Shown here: positions 36,419 through 45,888 of the stretch, piece after piece
Numbering within the stretch: position 1 is the stretch's first letter
Layout: each line of letters opens with the position of its first letter
Origin: Planctomycetota bacterium
GTDB taxonomy: Bacteria; Planctomycetota; Phycisphaerae; SM23-33
Assembly (NCBI GenBank): GCA_030635145.1
Contig: DAOVZK010000001.1
Span: forward strand, 23,381-87,380
Length of the DNA: 64,000 nucleotides
Reading direction: 5' to 3'
Made by a program: the position numbers and the translations under genes
Notes under the pieces: model-generated
What the model was told of the DNA's origin: nothing
The model's database searches: none
What the model saw: only the letters and a program-made list of their open reading frames with translations

Positions 36419-37468
36419 CTAGGCGCCGCTGGGAAAAACGCGGTGAATTTCCAGTTGCGACCGCGGGCTTTCCGGCTGGGCGGTATGCCCCGAAAGATAC
36501 ATCGCGCCGATGGCAGCGTGAGTGAGCAGATTTTCTTCACCGGCGGCGATGCAGGTTTCCTCGTCGTTGCGAATCGCATCTACAAACCCCTGCACTTGGC
36601 GACAAAACAGCTCCCCCAGCGTCAGCGTATTTTCCATTCGCTCGATGATCTCCCCGTCCGGCCCGCGAAGCGTACATGCATCCGGGTTGACCGTAATCGA
36701 ACCACCCGTCCCGTGAATCACGAGCTGTTCGCTGACAGGCCCGGAAACCCGCGACGCCACCAGCGAGGCGATAACATTGTTGCGGTATCGCAGCGTAGCG
36801 ACGGTGCTGTCGTCGGTGTCGTGCGGTGGGTAGGCGGCATCACCACCGTTGGGCTTTTCACTTTCGCATGTAATTAAGGCGTAGACTTCTTCGGGAAGCC
36901 CCAGCATCCAGATCAGTAGGTCGGTGATGTGATATCCCAGTTCCAGCAACGCCCCACCCCCGGCAGAGAGCTTATCGCACCGCCATTTCAAATCCCCGCC
37001 CCAATTGAAAAGGTAATGCACGCGTGCGAGAAAAACCTCGCCGATTTTCGGCAGCAGTTTTTTTGCCTGCATGTAGGTTTCGCTGAAGCGCCGATGCGTG
37101 CCGACGGCGAGTTTCAATCCGGCGTCGTTGAATTGGTGTACCATTTCGACAGCCTCGCCGAGGTCGCGCCCCAGTGGAGCTTCCTTCCAGACATTCACGC
37201 CATTTTTCAAGCAGATGCCCAAAAGCTCCGGGGCTACCATCGGCGGGGTAGCGATGAAGCACGCGCGGGGTTTGGTTTTGAGGATCAGTTGGCGGGGATC
37301 GGTGTACGGTTCGACGCCGAGTTCGTTGGCGATCTGCTCACATTTATGCTGGTCGCAATCGCAAACGGCAACAAGGTCGGCGCCGACGCATTTCTTCAAC
37401 GCCGCCGCTGTCTGATATCCAAAATCGCCAAGTCCGATGACTACTACCGGGATATTTTCTTCGCTCAT
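36419..37468 (-). CDS. Gfo/Idh/MocA-family NAD(P)-dependent oxidoreductase
   Basis: IPVVVIGLGDFGYQ Rossmann N-terminus and a C-terminal GFO_IDH_MocA_C-type domain. Start chosen at MSEENIP. Confidence 0.8.
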   Translation of the reverse strand: MSEENIPVVVIGLGDFGYQTAAALKKCVGADLVAVCDCDQHKCEQIANELGVEPYTDPRQLILKTKPRACFIATPPMVAPELLGICLKNGVNVWKEAPLGRDLGEAVEMVHQFNDAGLKLAVGTHRRFSETYMQAKKLLPKIGEVFLARVHYLFNWGGDLKWRCDKLSAGGGALLELGYHITDLLIWMLGLPEEVYALITCESEKPNGGDAAYPPHDTDDSTVATLRYRNNVIASLVASRVSGPVSEQLVIHGTGGSITVNPDACTLRGPDGEIIERMENTLTLGELFCRQVQGFVDAIRNDEETCIAAGEENLLTHAAIGAMYLSGHTAQPESPRSQLEIHRVFPSGA

Positions 37469-37531
37469 CGCAAACTCCCCAAGCAGTTTTTCGTTATACG
37501 CCACCGCATCATAGCCAATCCGCAGATCCGA

Positions 37532-37813
37532 TTAGTCAACTCGCGATGTAATCTCGATTAGGTGATACCCGAACTGCGTTTTGACGGGCCCGTGAATGAC
37601 ACCGACGGTTTCGCTGAAGACGACGACGTCAAATTCCTTGACCATTTGCCCGGGAGTAAACGATCCGAGGTCGCCACCGCTTTTACCCGACGGGCAATTG
37701 GAATGCTCTTTTGCCATGTCGGCGAAGTCGGCGCCGTCTGCGATTTTGACCTTGATGTCTTCGCACTGTTCTTCCGTGTCAACCAGAATATGCCTTGCCG
37801 TTGCTGATGCCAT
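37532..37813 (-). CDS. Parvulin-type peptidyl-prolyl cis-trans isomerase
   Basis: ARHILV....CEDIK..I..GADFADMAKEHS.CPSGKSGGDLGSF..GQMVKEFD is the Par10/PpiC pattern. 93 aa. Confidence 0.8.
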   Translation of the reverse strand: MASATARHILVDTEEQCEDIKVKIADGADFADMAKEHSNCPSGKSGGDLGSFTPGQMVKEFDVVVFSETVGVIHGPVKTQFGYHLIEITSRVD

Positions 37814-38009
37814 GATTGTCTCCCGTCCGGATTTGTGAAATGCTCAACCCGGGAATTAAAATGCGAGGCTCTTAAACAAGCCTCTGAAAACATACACTAA
37901 CTTTCGCAAGACTAAGGTATTTGCCGGGTGCAGACAAGAAATTTCTCCCGGTCGCCGCCTGGCACTGGAGACAAGGGAAAGTAGCTGACGAGTGCGACGA
38001 AAGCAAACG

Positions 38010-40598
38010 CTACTCGCCGGATTTTTTTTCACCGTTGTCGCCGCCGTCATCAGTGATGATCTGCGGAGTGTAGGCGTCGTCGACGGGTGTGCCGTCGGTT
38101 TTGCAGATAGCTGCTTGCGGGTTGGCCTTTTCGTGGTTCAGCAGTTCGAGTTCGAGCTTTTTTTTCTTCTCATCGTCTAGCCCTGCCCAGGCCCCACGGC
38201 CTCGACATTTGGGATACTTCGAGCAGCTTAACCAAGGCCCACGTTTACCGCGCCGCAAATTCAATTGCTGGTCGCATTTCGTACACGGTAAATCCGTCAG
38301 CAGCGGAGGTGGTGATGGATGTTTGACGAAGCCCTTTTTGTCGAGGTTCACCACGCCCTTGCAGTCGGGATATTTCGGGCAGCTCAAAAACGGGCCGAAC
38401 CGGCCTTTGCGATAGGTCATCGCCTCGCCGCACAGCGGGCACGCGATGTCGGTGCGTTCCACGCCAGTGGGCTTGCCTTTGCGGTCAATCGGCAAGGCAG
38501 CCTTGCAGTCGGGATACTTCGTGCAGCTCAAAAATCGCCCGTTTTTCCCGAACCGATACTCCATCGGAGCCTTGCACTCGGGGCACTCGTACTCGCTGGG
38601 TTGAGTTTCGGCCTTGGCGTGCGTCATTTCCTCGGCGGCTTTTTCCAGCTGCGAGCTGAACGGCCCGTAAAATTCGCGAAGCACGGCCACCCAGTCGAGG
38701 TTCGCGGCTTCTACTTTGTCGAGTTCGTCTTCCATGTGCGCGGTGAAGCGCACCTGGAACAGCTCGGGAAAATGCTTCACAAGTTTATCCGTCACCACCA
38801 TACCAAGGTCGGTCGGATGAAAAACGCGTTTGATGATCTCGGCGTATTTGCGATCCTGAACTGTTTGTATGATGGCGGCGTAGGTACTGGGTCGTCCGAT
38901 ATTGTCGGCCTCGAGGGCCTTGACCAGCGACGCTTCGGTGTAGCGCGGGGGCGGCTGGGTAAAATGCTGCGTCGGGTCGATCGAAATCGGTGAAACGGGT
39001 TTGCCTTCTTGAAGCGGTGGCAGAATCTGGTCCCCGCCCGACGGTAAACCTGTTACGCGAAGGTGCCCGTCGAATCCGAGCGTTCTGCCCATGGCGCGTA
39101 AATTCGCAGTCCCGGTGGAGGTCTCTGCGACGATGTCGGCCTCGGTTACTTTCCAGACGGCCGGGGTCATCTGGCAGGCAACGAAGCGCTTCCAGATCAG
39201 CGTGTAAAGTTTCATCTGCTCTTCGTTGAGGGCCGATGCGATTTTTTCGGGCGTGCGCAACGGGTCGGTCGGGCGGATAGCTTCGTGGGCCTCCTGCGCG
39301 CGATTTCCCGACGAATACACGTTTGGTTTTCCGGGGAGGTAGTTCTCTCCGAAGTCGCGGGCGATCATCTCGCGAACATTCGTCACGGCCTCGGCGGAAA
39401 GATTCCGCGAATCGGTTCGCATGTAGGTAATCAGACCGGCCGTGCCTTCACCGGGAATGTCCATGCCCTCGTACAGCTGCTGGGCAACACGCATGGTGCG
39501 GCGGGCACCAAATCGCAACTGCACGCTTGCCGACTGCTGAAGCGTGGCCGTCGTAAACGGTGCGTAAGGTTTGCTTTTGCTGTCGCGCTGCCTCAACGAA
39601 GCAACCGTATACGTCGGAGCCTCACCGCCGATATGCGCAACAACGGTTACGCAATTGGCAGATGGGCCTTTGGCGTCTTCAACGGTTTTGCGGACGAGTT
39701 CGTCGACGCTCAAACCCAAAGCCTTTGCAACAGCGAGGGTCTGCTCTTCGTTGTCGACCTTAAAGCGATTACCGTCCCACTTGGCAAGCTCGGCGATGAA
39801 GGCACCGTGATCTGACAGCCATCTCTGGCGGGCGTCTTTGGTTGGTCCGTCGCCTTTTTCGTTTTTGGTTTCGAGGAATGCGGCGTACGCGCTGGTAATG
39901 CCGTCGGCCTTAGCGGCGTCGGGGGTGAAGATCGCGCTGATCTTCCAGTATTCTTCCGGCATGAAGGCGTCGATTTCGCGTTCGCGCTCGACGATCAGTC
40001 GCACGGCCACCGACTGCACGCGCCCGGCTGATAATCCACCGGCAACTTTTTTCCACAGTAGCGGGCTGACCTGATATCCGACGATCCTGTCAAGAATCCG
40101 CCGTGCCTGCTGAGCATTAACCATGTCCATGTCGATATCACGCGGATGAGCAAACGCATCAGTGATGGCCGACTTCGTAATTTCGTTGAAAACCACGCGA
40201 GTGGTCTTTTTCGGGTCGAGCTTCAAGCCCTGCGCAAGATGCCACGCAATGGCCTCGCCCTCGCGGTCAAGGTCAGTCGCCAGGAAAACCATCGGGGCGT
40301 CCTTGGCGTATTTGCGAAGCTCGGCGAGGGTCTTTTTTCCGCGGGCCAGCACTTCGTAGGTCGGAGCAAAGTCGTGCTCAAGGTCAACACCAGGAACGGG
40401 ATTCTTCACGCCCTTGGGGTTCCTAGGCGGAAGGTCACGAACGTGGCCCATCGAGGCCTTGACCACGAAATCCGTACCGAGGTACTTGTTTATGGTCTTG
40501 GCCTTGGCGGGAGATTCCACGACAACCAGGTTCTTACCTGCTTTCGCGGTTTTGCTGCCACTGGCGGCCTTAACTTTTTTCTTTGCTACTTTTGCCAT
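38010..40598 (-). CDS. topA: DNA topoisomerase I with C-terminal zinc-ribbon repeats
   Basis: Toprim domain, active-site region ITYMRTDSRNLS, and multiple C-terminal CxxC...CxxC zinc ribbons (CPECKAPM, CPLCGEAM, CTKCDQQ). Confidence 0.92.
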   Translation of the reverse strand: MAKVAKKKVKAASGSKTAKAGKNLVVVESPAKAKTINKYLGTDFVVKASMGHVRDLPPRNPKGVKNPVPGVDLEHDFAPTYEVLARGKKTLAELRKYAKDAPMVFLATDLDREGEAIAWHLAQGLKLDPKKTTRVVFNEITKSAITDAFAHPRDIDMDMVNAQQARRILDRIVGYQVSPLLWKKVAGGLSAGRVQSVAVRLIVEREREIDAFMPEEYWKISAIFTPDAAKADGITSAYAAFLETKNEKGDGPTKDARQRWLSDHGAFIAELAKWDGNRFKVDNEEQTLAVAKALGLSVDELVRKTVEDAKGPSANCVTVVAHIGGEAPTYTVASLRQRDSKSKPYAPFTTATLQQSASVQLRFGARRTMRVAQQLYEGMDIPGEGTAGLITYMRTDSRNLSAEAVTNVREMIARDFGENYLPGKPNVYSSGNRAQEAHEAIRPTDPLRTPEKIASALNEEQMKLYTLIWKRFVACQMTPAVWKVTEADIVAETSTGTANLRAMGRTLGFDGHLRVTGLPSGGDQILPPLQEGKPVSPISIDPTQHFTQPPPRYTEASLVKALEADNIGRPSTYAAIIQTVQDRKYAEIIKRVFHPTDLGMVVTDKLVKHFPELFQVRFTAHMEDELDKVEAANLDWVAVLREFYGPFSSQLEKAAEEMTHAKAETQPSEYECPECKAPMEYRFGKNGRFLSCTKYPDCKAALPIDRKGKPTGVERTDIACPLCGEAMTYRKGRFGPFLSCPKYPDCKGVVNLDKKGFVKHPSPPPLLTDLPCTKCDQQLNLRRGKRGPWLSCSKYPKCRGRGAWAGLDDEKKKKLELELLNHEKANPQAAICKTDGTPVDDAYTPQIITDDGGDNGEKKSGE

Positions 40599-40616
40599 TA
40601 ATCGTCCGTTTCCATG

Positions 40617-40637
40617 CCCCCGGGAATAATTCCCGAG
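40617..40637. promoter_or_regulatory. Inverted repeat CGGGAAT-a-ATTCCCG in the topA 5' leader
   Basis: 7-bp arms within 20-40 nt upstream of the topA start codon. Confidence 0.25.
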
Positions 40638-40991
40638 TCAGAGGCTGCGACCTGCTATCTACATAAGGCACAGTATCCTCTTTAACGACCAAATCTTTGA
40701 TCGGGAGTAATGATTTTGGCGAATTTCTGAGATTGTCAAGGGGAATTTTTTACCGGCGATGGTAGCGGCAGGCATAACATGTTGCCACATAACCATTTAT
40801 GGTCGAGTAATTTTATAAGCCCATTTGAAAGATATTCCGCCGTGCTCGGTAAATATGGCCTTCCCGGCCGCGGGGGCTAATTTGGAGCAAGTTTGGGGCA
40901 CAGCGGGTGGGTTGTGAAATTTTTATCGCGATTACCCCCCCCGTGTGGTAAACTTTCGTGGGTTGATTTTCTCTTTTTCTGGAGATACCGA

Positions 40992-42014
40992 ATGGCCATT
41001 GGAGTAGCAGTAGTCGGGCTGGGCGGAATGGGTAACACCCACCTTCGGGGGTTGCTGCGCAGTAAGCGTGTCAACGTGGTGGCGGTCTGCGACCCGAACC
41101 CGGCCAAGCTGCGCGGTGATCTGCTGGGATCGCAAGTTGACGTTCACACGGGCGAAGTCGGGGTTGTCGACGTTGACAAAATCAAACGCTATGTCGACTT
41201 TATCGAGCTGCTGACCGATCCCGACGTAGAACTGATCGTACTGTGCGTTCCGACTTACCTCCACGCGAAAATGACCCGCCAGGCGCTGCAAAGCGGCAAG
41301 CATGTTTTCTGCGAAAAGCCCATGGCCCTGAATCGCAAAGAAACCGCAAGCATGTTGGACGCCGCCGAGAAAACCGGCAAAAAACTCATGATCGGGCAGT
41401 GCCTGCGATTTTGGCCTGAGTATATCCTGCTGAAAAACATGATCGACGACGGGCGGTTCGGAAAAGTTACCAGCGCCGTTTTCCGACGGTTCGGAGCGCT
41501 TCCCGACTGGTCGGGCGATGGGTGGATGAGTGATGTGAAAAAAAGCGGGTCAGCGGCCCTTTCGCTTCATATCCACGACACCGATACAGTTTTGTGGTTC
41601 TTCGGAAAACCCAAAGGCGTCACCTCGTTCGGATATGTCGAACGCGACGGTTCGGTGCATCACCTTATCACGAGCTATCGCTACAAAAATTTTCCCATGG
41701 TCTGTGCCGAGGGCGGATGGCTACCTGGCGACGTGCCGTTTACCATGACGGTGAAAATCGTTTTCGATCTTGCGACGGTGGAATACGACCTCAACAAGCA
41801 TCCGACAACGGTAATCTACCACGCAGACGGCACCGAAGAACCCGCCGACATCCCCAACGGTTACGGCCACGATGACGAACTGGCGTATTTCGTCAACTGC
41901 ATCGAGGAAGACATCCCCCCCCTGCAATGCCTCCCCGCCGACTCTGCCCTCTCGGTCAAAATCGTCGAAGCCGAAATCGAATCGGCAAAAAAACAAAAAT
42001 CCATCGACCTGTAA
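40992..42014 (+). CDS. Gfo/Idh/MocA-family oxidoreductase
   Basis: MAIGVAVVGLGGMGNTH Rossmann N-terminus and a C-terminal alpha/beta domain. Start chosen at MAIGV. Confidence 0.8.
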   Translation: MAIGVAVVGLGGMGNTHLRGLLRSKRVNVVAVCDPNPAKLRGDLLGSQVDVHTGEVGVVDVDKIKRYVDFIELLTDPDVELIVLCVPTYLHAKMTRQALQSGKHVFCEKPMALNRKETASMLDAAEKTGKKLMIGQCLRFWPEYILLKNMIDDGRFGKVTSAVFRRFGALPDWSGDGWMSDVKKSGSAALSLHIHDTDTVLWFFGKPKGVTSFGYVERDGSVHHLITSYRYKNFPMVCAEGGWLPGDVPFTMTVKIVFDLATVEYDLNKHPTTVIYHADGTEEPADIPNGYGHDDELAYFVNCIEEDIPPLQCLPADSALSVKIVEAEIESAKKQKSIDL

Positions 42015-42111
42015 AAAGGTGGTGCAATGGCAGGACAAAAGCTTGGGCCGCATGAAAAATGTTTCTTGACCACTTGACTTTTGTATATTCCAGGCATATA
42101 CTTAATATATA

Positions 42112-42417
42112 ATGAACATATACAAAATCCTGCGAAACTGCACTGGTTTCCAGTGGGATGAGCACAATATTCGGAAGAACTGGGAAAAACACCAGGTAAC
42201 TCCGGTCGAATGTGAGCAGATATTTTTCAATCAGCCGTTGGTCGCCGCCGGTACTACAAAACACGCTCAGGACGAAATACGTTTTTACGCCCTGGGGCAT
42301 ACTGACACGCAAAGAAAGCTGTTTGCTGTATTCACGATCAGGGGGGCGTTAGTCAGAATTATTTCGATGCGTGACATGAGCAAAAAGGAACGAGAGCATT
42401 ATGAAAAATTCAGCTAA
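42112..42417 (+). CDS. brnT: BrnT-family (DUF497) type II toxin, RelE-fold ribonuclease
   Basis: FQWDEHNIRKNWEKHQVTPVECEQIFFN matches the F-WD..K...N..KHGV.F.EA..VF opening of BrnT/DUF497 proteins. 101 aa. Confidence 0.7.
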   Translation: MNIYKILRNCTGFQWDEHNIRKNWEKHQVTPVECEQIFFNQPLVAAGTTKHAQDEIRFYALGHTDTQRKLFAVFTIRGALVRIISMRDMSKKEREHYEKFS

Positions 42418-42685
42418 AAAGAAAATCCCCGAGTTCAGCTCGCCGGACGAGGAAAGAAAATTTTGGGCCGACCACGACTCCTCCGATTTCATAGATTGGA
42501 ATAAGGCAGAGCGGGTTGTATTGCCGAAACTCAAACCTTCCGTCAGAACAATTTCGATCAGGCTGCCGGAAATTATGATCGAAGAAATAAAAGTTCTTGC
42601 CAACCGACGAGATGTTCCGTATCAGTCTCTAATGAAGGTGTTTCTCGCGGAGCGAATCGAACAAGAGCTTCACAAGGTCTCGTAA
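42401..42685 (+). CDS. brnA: BrnA-family antitoxin
   Basis: Overlaps brnT by 17 nt. 94 aa with FWADHDSSDFIDW, consistent with BrnA_antitoxin proteins. Confidence 0.65.
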   Translation: MKNSAKKKIPEFSSPDEERKFWADHDSSDFIDWNKAERVVLPKLKPSVRTISIRLPEIMIEEIKVLANRRDVPYQSLMKVFLAERIEQELHKVS

Positions 42686-42704
42686 ACAGATAAAGGAACA
42701 AAAG

Positions 42705-43442
42705 ATGGCTGGTTTAGGTGTAAATATCGATCATGTTGCGACGGTGCGTCAGGCACGCCGCACGGTGGAACCCGATCCGATATGGGCGGCGGTGGAAGCC
42801 GAACTCGCCGGGGCAGACTGCATTACGTTTCATTTGCGCGCCGACCGGCGGCACATAAACGATCGCGACGCGATGTTGCTGAAGCAAACCGTGCACGGAC
42901 GGCTGAATATGGAAATGTCGATGGACGAAGAGATCGTCAAGATCGCCGAATCGCTCGCACCCGACCAAGCCACCCTCGTCCCAGAAAAGCGCGAAGAGGT
43001 CACCACCGAAGGCGGACTGGACGTTGTCGCCAGCGCCAAGCGCACAGCTGAGGTCACCGAGCGGCTGCGCGCAGTTGGTACGGTCGTCAGCGCGTTTATC
43101 GACCCCGAAAAATCGCAAATCACCGCCGCCAGCGACGCCGGATGCCAGGCAATCGAACTGCACACCGGATGCTACGCCAACGCCTATCTCCCACCCGACG
43201 GTGGCAAACCATCCGCCGACGAAATCGCACGCACGCTGGAAGAACTGCAAACCGGCCTGGCTGCGGGCCTAAACGCCGGGCTGATCGTTCATGGCGGACA
43301 TGGGCTGACATACAACAACGTCGCGCCGGTAGCAGAAATGGAAGGTTTCAGCGAGTTTAATATCGGGCACTCCATCATTGCCCGCGCGGTGTTCGTCGGG
43401 CTGCGCGATGCCGTCGCCGAAATGAAATTGCTGATTCTGTAA
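42705..43442 (+). CDS. pdxJ: Pyridoxine 5'-phosphate synthase
   Basis: LGVNIDHVATVRQARRT...CITFHLRADRRHI are the PdxJ signatures. Confidence 0.9.
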   Translation: MAGLGVNIDHVATVRQARRTVEPDPIWAAVEAELAGADCITFHLRADRRHINDRDAMLLKQTVHGRLNMEMSMDEEIVKIAESLAPDQATLVPEKREEVTTEGGLDVVASAKRTAEVTERLRAVGTVVSAFIDPEKSQITAASDAGCQAIELHTGCYANAYLPPDGGKPSADEIARTLEELQTGLAAGLNAGLIVHGGHGLTYNNVAPVAEMEGFSEFNIGHSIIARAVFVGLRDAVAEMKLLIL

Positions 43443-43462
43443 ACAGCATCGACAGGTCGTCC

Positions 43463-44098
43463 ATGCCCAGCACCAAACAACAGATCCACAAACTTACACC
43501 GCAGCAGCGCCGCCGTCGGAAAATTCTCCGCGGTGTCGTCGCGCTGGTCGTCGCCGTAACCATTGCAGGGCTGCTTGGGTTCGGGGATCGCATGGGGCTT
43601 TTCGGGCGATGGACCACCGAGCAGGATCTGGAGCGATACCACGACAAAACATTTCTCGTCGTCAAATCCGTCGACGGGGACACAATCGATATCGACATAC
43701 CCGACCAGAAAAACAATTACCGCACTACGCGGATTCGCCTTTGGGGCATCGACGCACCCGAAACGGTCAAGCCTGATCATCCAGTCCAGCACTTCGGTCA
43801 GGAGGCAAGCAGCTTCACCAAAACAGCGACGCTGAATAAGCATGTCCGTGTCGAACTGCTGCCGCACCGTACGCGCGGTAAATACGGTCGGGTGTTGGGG
43901 TACGTATATCTCCCCGACGGTACAATGCTCAACCGCCAACTGATCGCACGCGGTCTTGCCTACGCCTATCCTTACAACGACCATCCGCACGACGCCGAAT
44001 TTGAAAAACTTCAGCGGGAAGCTCGCAAAAACAAAATTGGGCTATGGAAAAACGTAAAAGACAAGGATTTGCCTTGGTATATCAAAAAACTGCGGTAG
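43463..44098 (+). CDS. Membrane-anchored thermonuclease (SNase-like)
   Basis: N-terminal transmembrane helix and the staphylococcal-nuclease motif RLWGIDAPE with catalytic R/E/Y positions. Confidence 0.7.
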   Translation: MPSTKQQIHKLTPQQRRRRKILRGVVALVVAVTIAGLLGFGDRMGLFGRWTTEQDLERYHDKTFLVVKSVDGDTIDIDIPDQKNNYRTTRIRLWGIDAPETVKPDHPVQHFGQEASSFTKTATLNKHVRVELLPHRTRGKYGRVLGYVYLPDGTMLNRQLIARGLAYAYPYNDHPHDAEFEKLQREARKNKIGLWKNVKDKDLPWYIKKLR

Positions 44099-44153
44099 AA
44101 TCCCCGGTGAATAACGATCTGCTCGGAGCAGACATATTGCACAGGAATAAAAC

Positions 44154-45869
44154 GTGCCAGAACTTACAGACTATCTCGACAAAAAAACGCTACGGCAGGT
44201 GCAGGAGGTATTTTCCAAAATTACCGAACGCACAGTTCGCATCTGCGCCCGCGACGGCCAGCCGATTCTTACTCCGCAACCCGACGGGGCCGTTGAACCT
44301 GCCACAATCATTCCGAAGCAGGGAAAAGTTTCCGAGTCGAAGATCGCCAAGCTCGAACGGCAGACCCAGCAATCCAAATCGGCGACGATCGGCGACCTCG
44401 CGCGCAAAACTATCCGACGCGTAGCTAAGACCCCCGACCGGATTATGGAAATTCCCGTCATGCACGAACGTCGCACGATCGCGCTGCTGCGGTTGTATCC
44501 GTTTAACCCGTCGATGGAAACTAAAACGCCAGTCACGCGACTACCCGACGAGTTCCGCCGCAAACTCCTTCAGCTGATGTCGAACATGCTGGTGCGACTC
44601 TGCAAAGACGCCACCAGTCTGCGGAACAGAGTCGAGGAACTGCTGGCGTTTTACCGGGTCATGGCAAAATTCAACGAACAGCGCAGCCTCCAGCACACAC
44701 TCGATGTCATCACGAAAACTGTCGTCGATGTGATGAAGGCAAAGGCCTGCTCGGTGCGCCTGCTGCGTAAGGCCGGCAGCGAACTCGTCATCCGCGCCGT
44801 CTACAGCATCTCAAAAGACTACCTCGACAAACGGCCGATCCCGCTGTCGAAAAGCAAACTCGACACCGAAGCGCTTAACACCAACAAGGTCGTATACGTT
44901 CCCGATATGGCGAGCGATCCGCGAGTGGTGTACCCGCAGGATTCGCGCCGCGAAGGCTTAGTCAGCGGGCTGTGTGCACCGATGATCTACAAAGGCAAGC
45001 GTGTCGGCGTGCTGCGAGTATTTACCGGCAAGCTACACCAGTTTTCGTGGTTCGATAAGCAGTTGCTAATGGCAGTCGCCAGTGCCGCCGCAGCCGCGAT
45101 TGTTAACGCACGCCTTTACGAAGAGGCCGTCCAGTCGCTGGCGATCAAGCGGCAACTCGCCCAGGCCGGGGAAGTGCAGCGGCAAATGCTTCCGCGCAAG
45201 GCCCCGCAAATAGACGGGTTCGATATTCACGGGCAGTACATTCCCAGTTACGAGCTGGCGGGCGATTTTTTCGATTTCATTGAGCTTCCCGAAGACAATC
45301 TCGGAATCGCCGTCTGCGACGTAGTGGGCAAAGGCATACGAGCGTCGCTGCTGATGGCATCGATTCGCGCGAGCCTCCGCGCCCACGCACGCAACGTTTA
45401 CGACATGGCTGACCTGCTCGGCGAAGTCAATCGCGACCTCTGCGCCGACACCGTCTCCAGCGACTTTGCCACGATGTTTTACGGCGTGCTGAACCACAAA
45501 ACCAAACGGCTGACGTATTCCTGTGCCGGGCATATGCCGCCGATACTCGTGCGCGACGGAAAAATCGTGGAGATTGAAGCAAGAGGCGGAATGCTGGGTG
45601 TGCTGCCGGATATGAAATTTCCCAAAGGTGTCGTCGATCTGCAGTCGGGCGACGTTGTGCTTGCCTACACCGACGGGCTAAGCGAGGCGGTGAACTTCGC
45701 ACATGAAGAGTACGGCCGCGAGCGAATCGAAAAGGCTCTGCTCACAGCAGTCGGCGAAGGATACACCTCCGAGAATATTATCCGACACTGCCTGTGGGAT
45801 ATGCGACGATTCACGGGGCTGCACACGCTGCTCGACGACCGAACATTAGTCGTCATCAAAGTCGACTGA
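44154..45869 (+). CDS. GAF-domain PP2C-type (SpoIIE/RsbU-like) serine phosphatase
   Basis: Central GAF (VYVPDMASDPRV...GLCAPMIYKGKRVGVLRVF), then PP2C motifs GDFFDFI, CDVVGKG, YTDGLSE. Confidence 0.75.
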   Translation: MPELTDYLDKKTLRQVQEVFSKITERTVRICARDGQPILTPQPDGAVEPATIIPKQGKVSESKIAKLERQTQQSKSATIGDLARKTIRRVAKTPDRIMEIPVMHERRTIALLRLYPFNPSMETKTPVTRLPDEFRRKLLQLMSNMLVRLCKDATSLRNRVEELLAFYRVMAKFNEQRSLQHTLDVITKTVVDVMKAKACSVRLLRKAGSELVIRAVYSISKDYLDKRPIPLSKSKLDTEALNTNKVVYVPDMASDPRVVYPQDSRREGLVSGLCAPMIYKGKRVGVLRVFTGKLHQFSWFDKQLLMAVASAAAAAIVNARLYEEAVQSLAIKRQLAQAGEVQRQMLPRKAPQIDGFDIHGQYIPSYELAGDFFDFIELPEDNLGIAVCDVVGKGIRASLLMASIRASLRAHARNVYDMADLLGEVNRDLCADTVSSDFATMFYGVLNHKTKRLTYSCAGHMPPILVRDGKIVEIEARGGMLGVLPDMKFPKGVVDLQSGDVVLAYTDGLSEAVNFAHEEYGRERIEKALLTAVGEGYTSENIIRHCLWDMRRFTGLHTLLDDRTLVVIKVD

Positions 45870-45888
45870 TCGGCAAAGCCGAATTTCA

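Noticed and set aside
38319-38993. 224-aa plus-strand ORF
   Set aside because: Antisense to topA, which is unambiguous.
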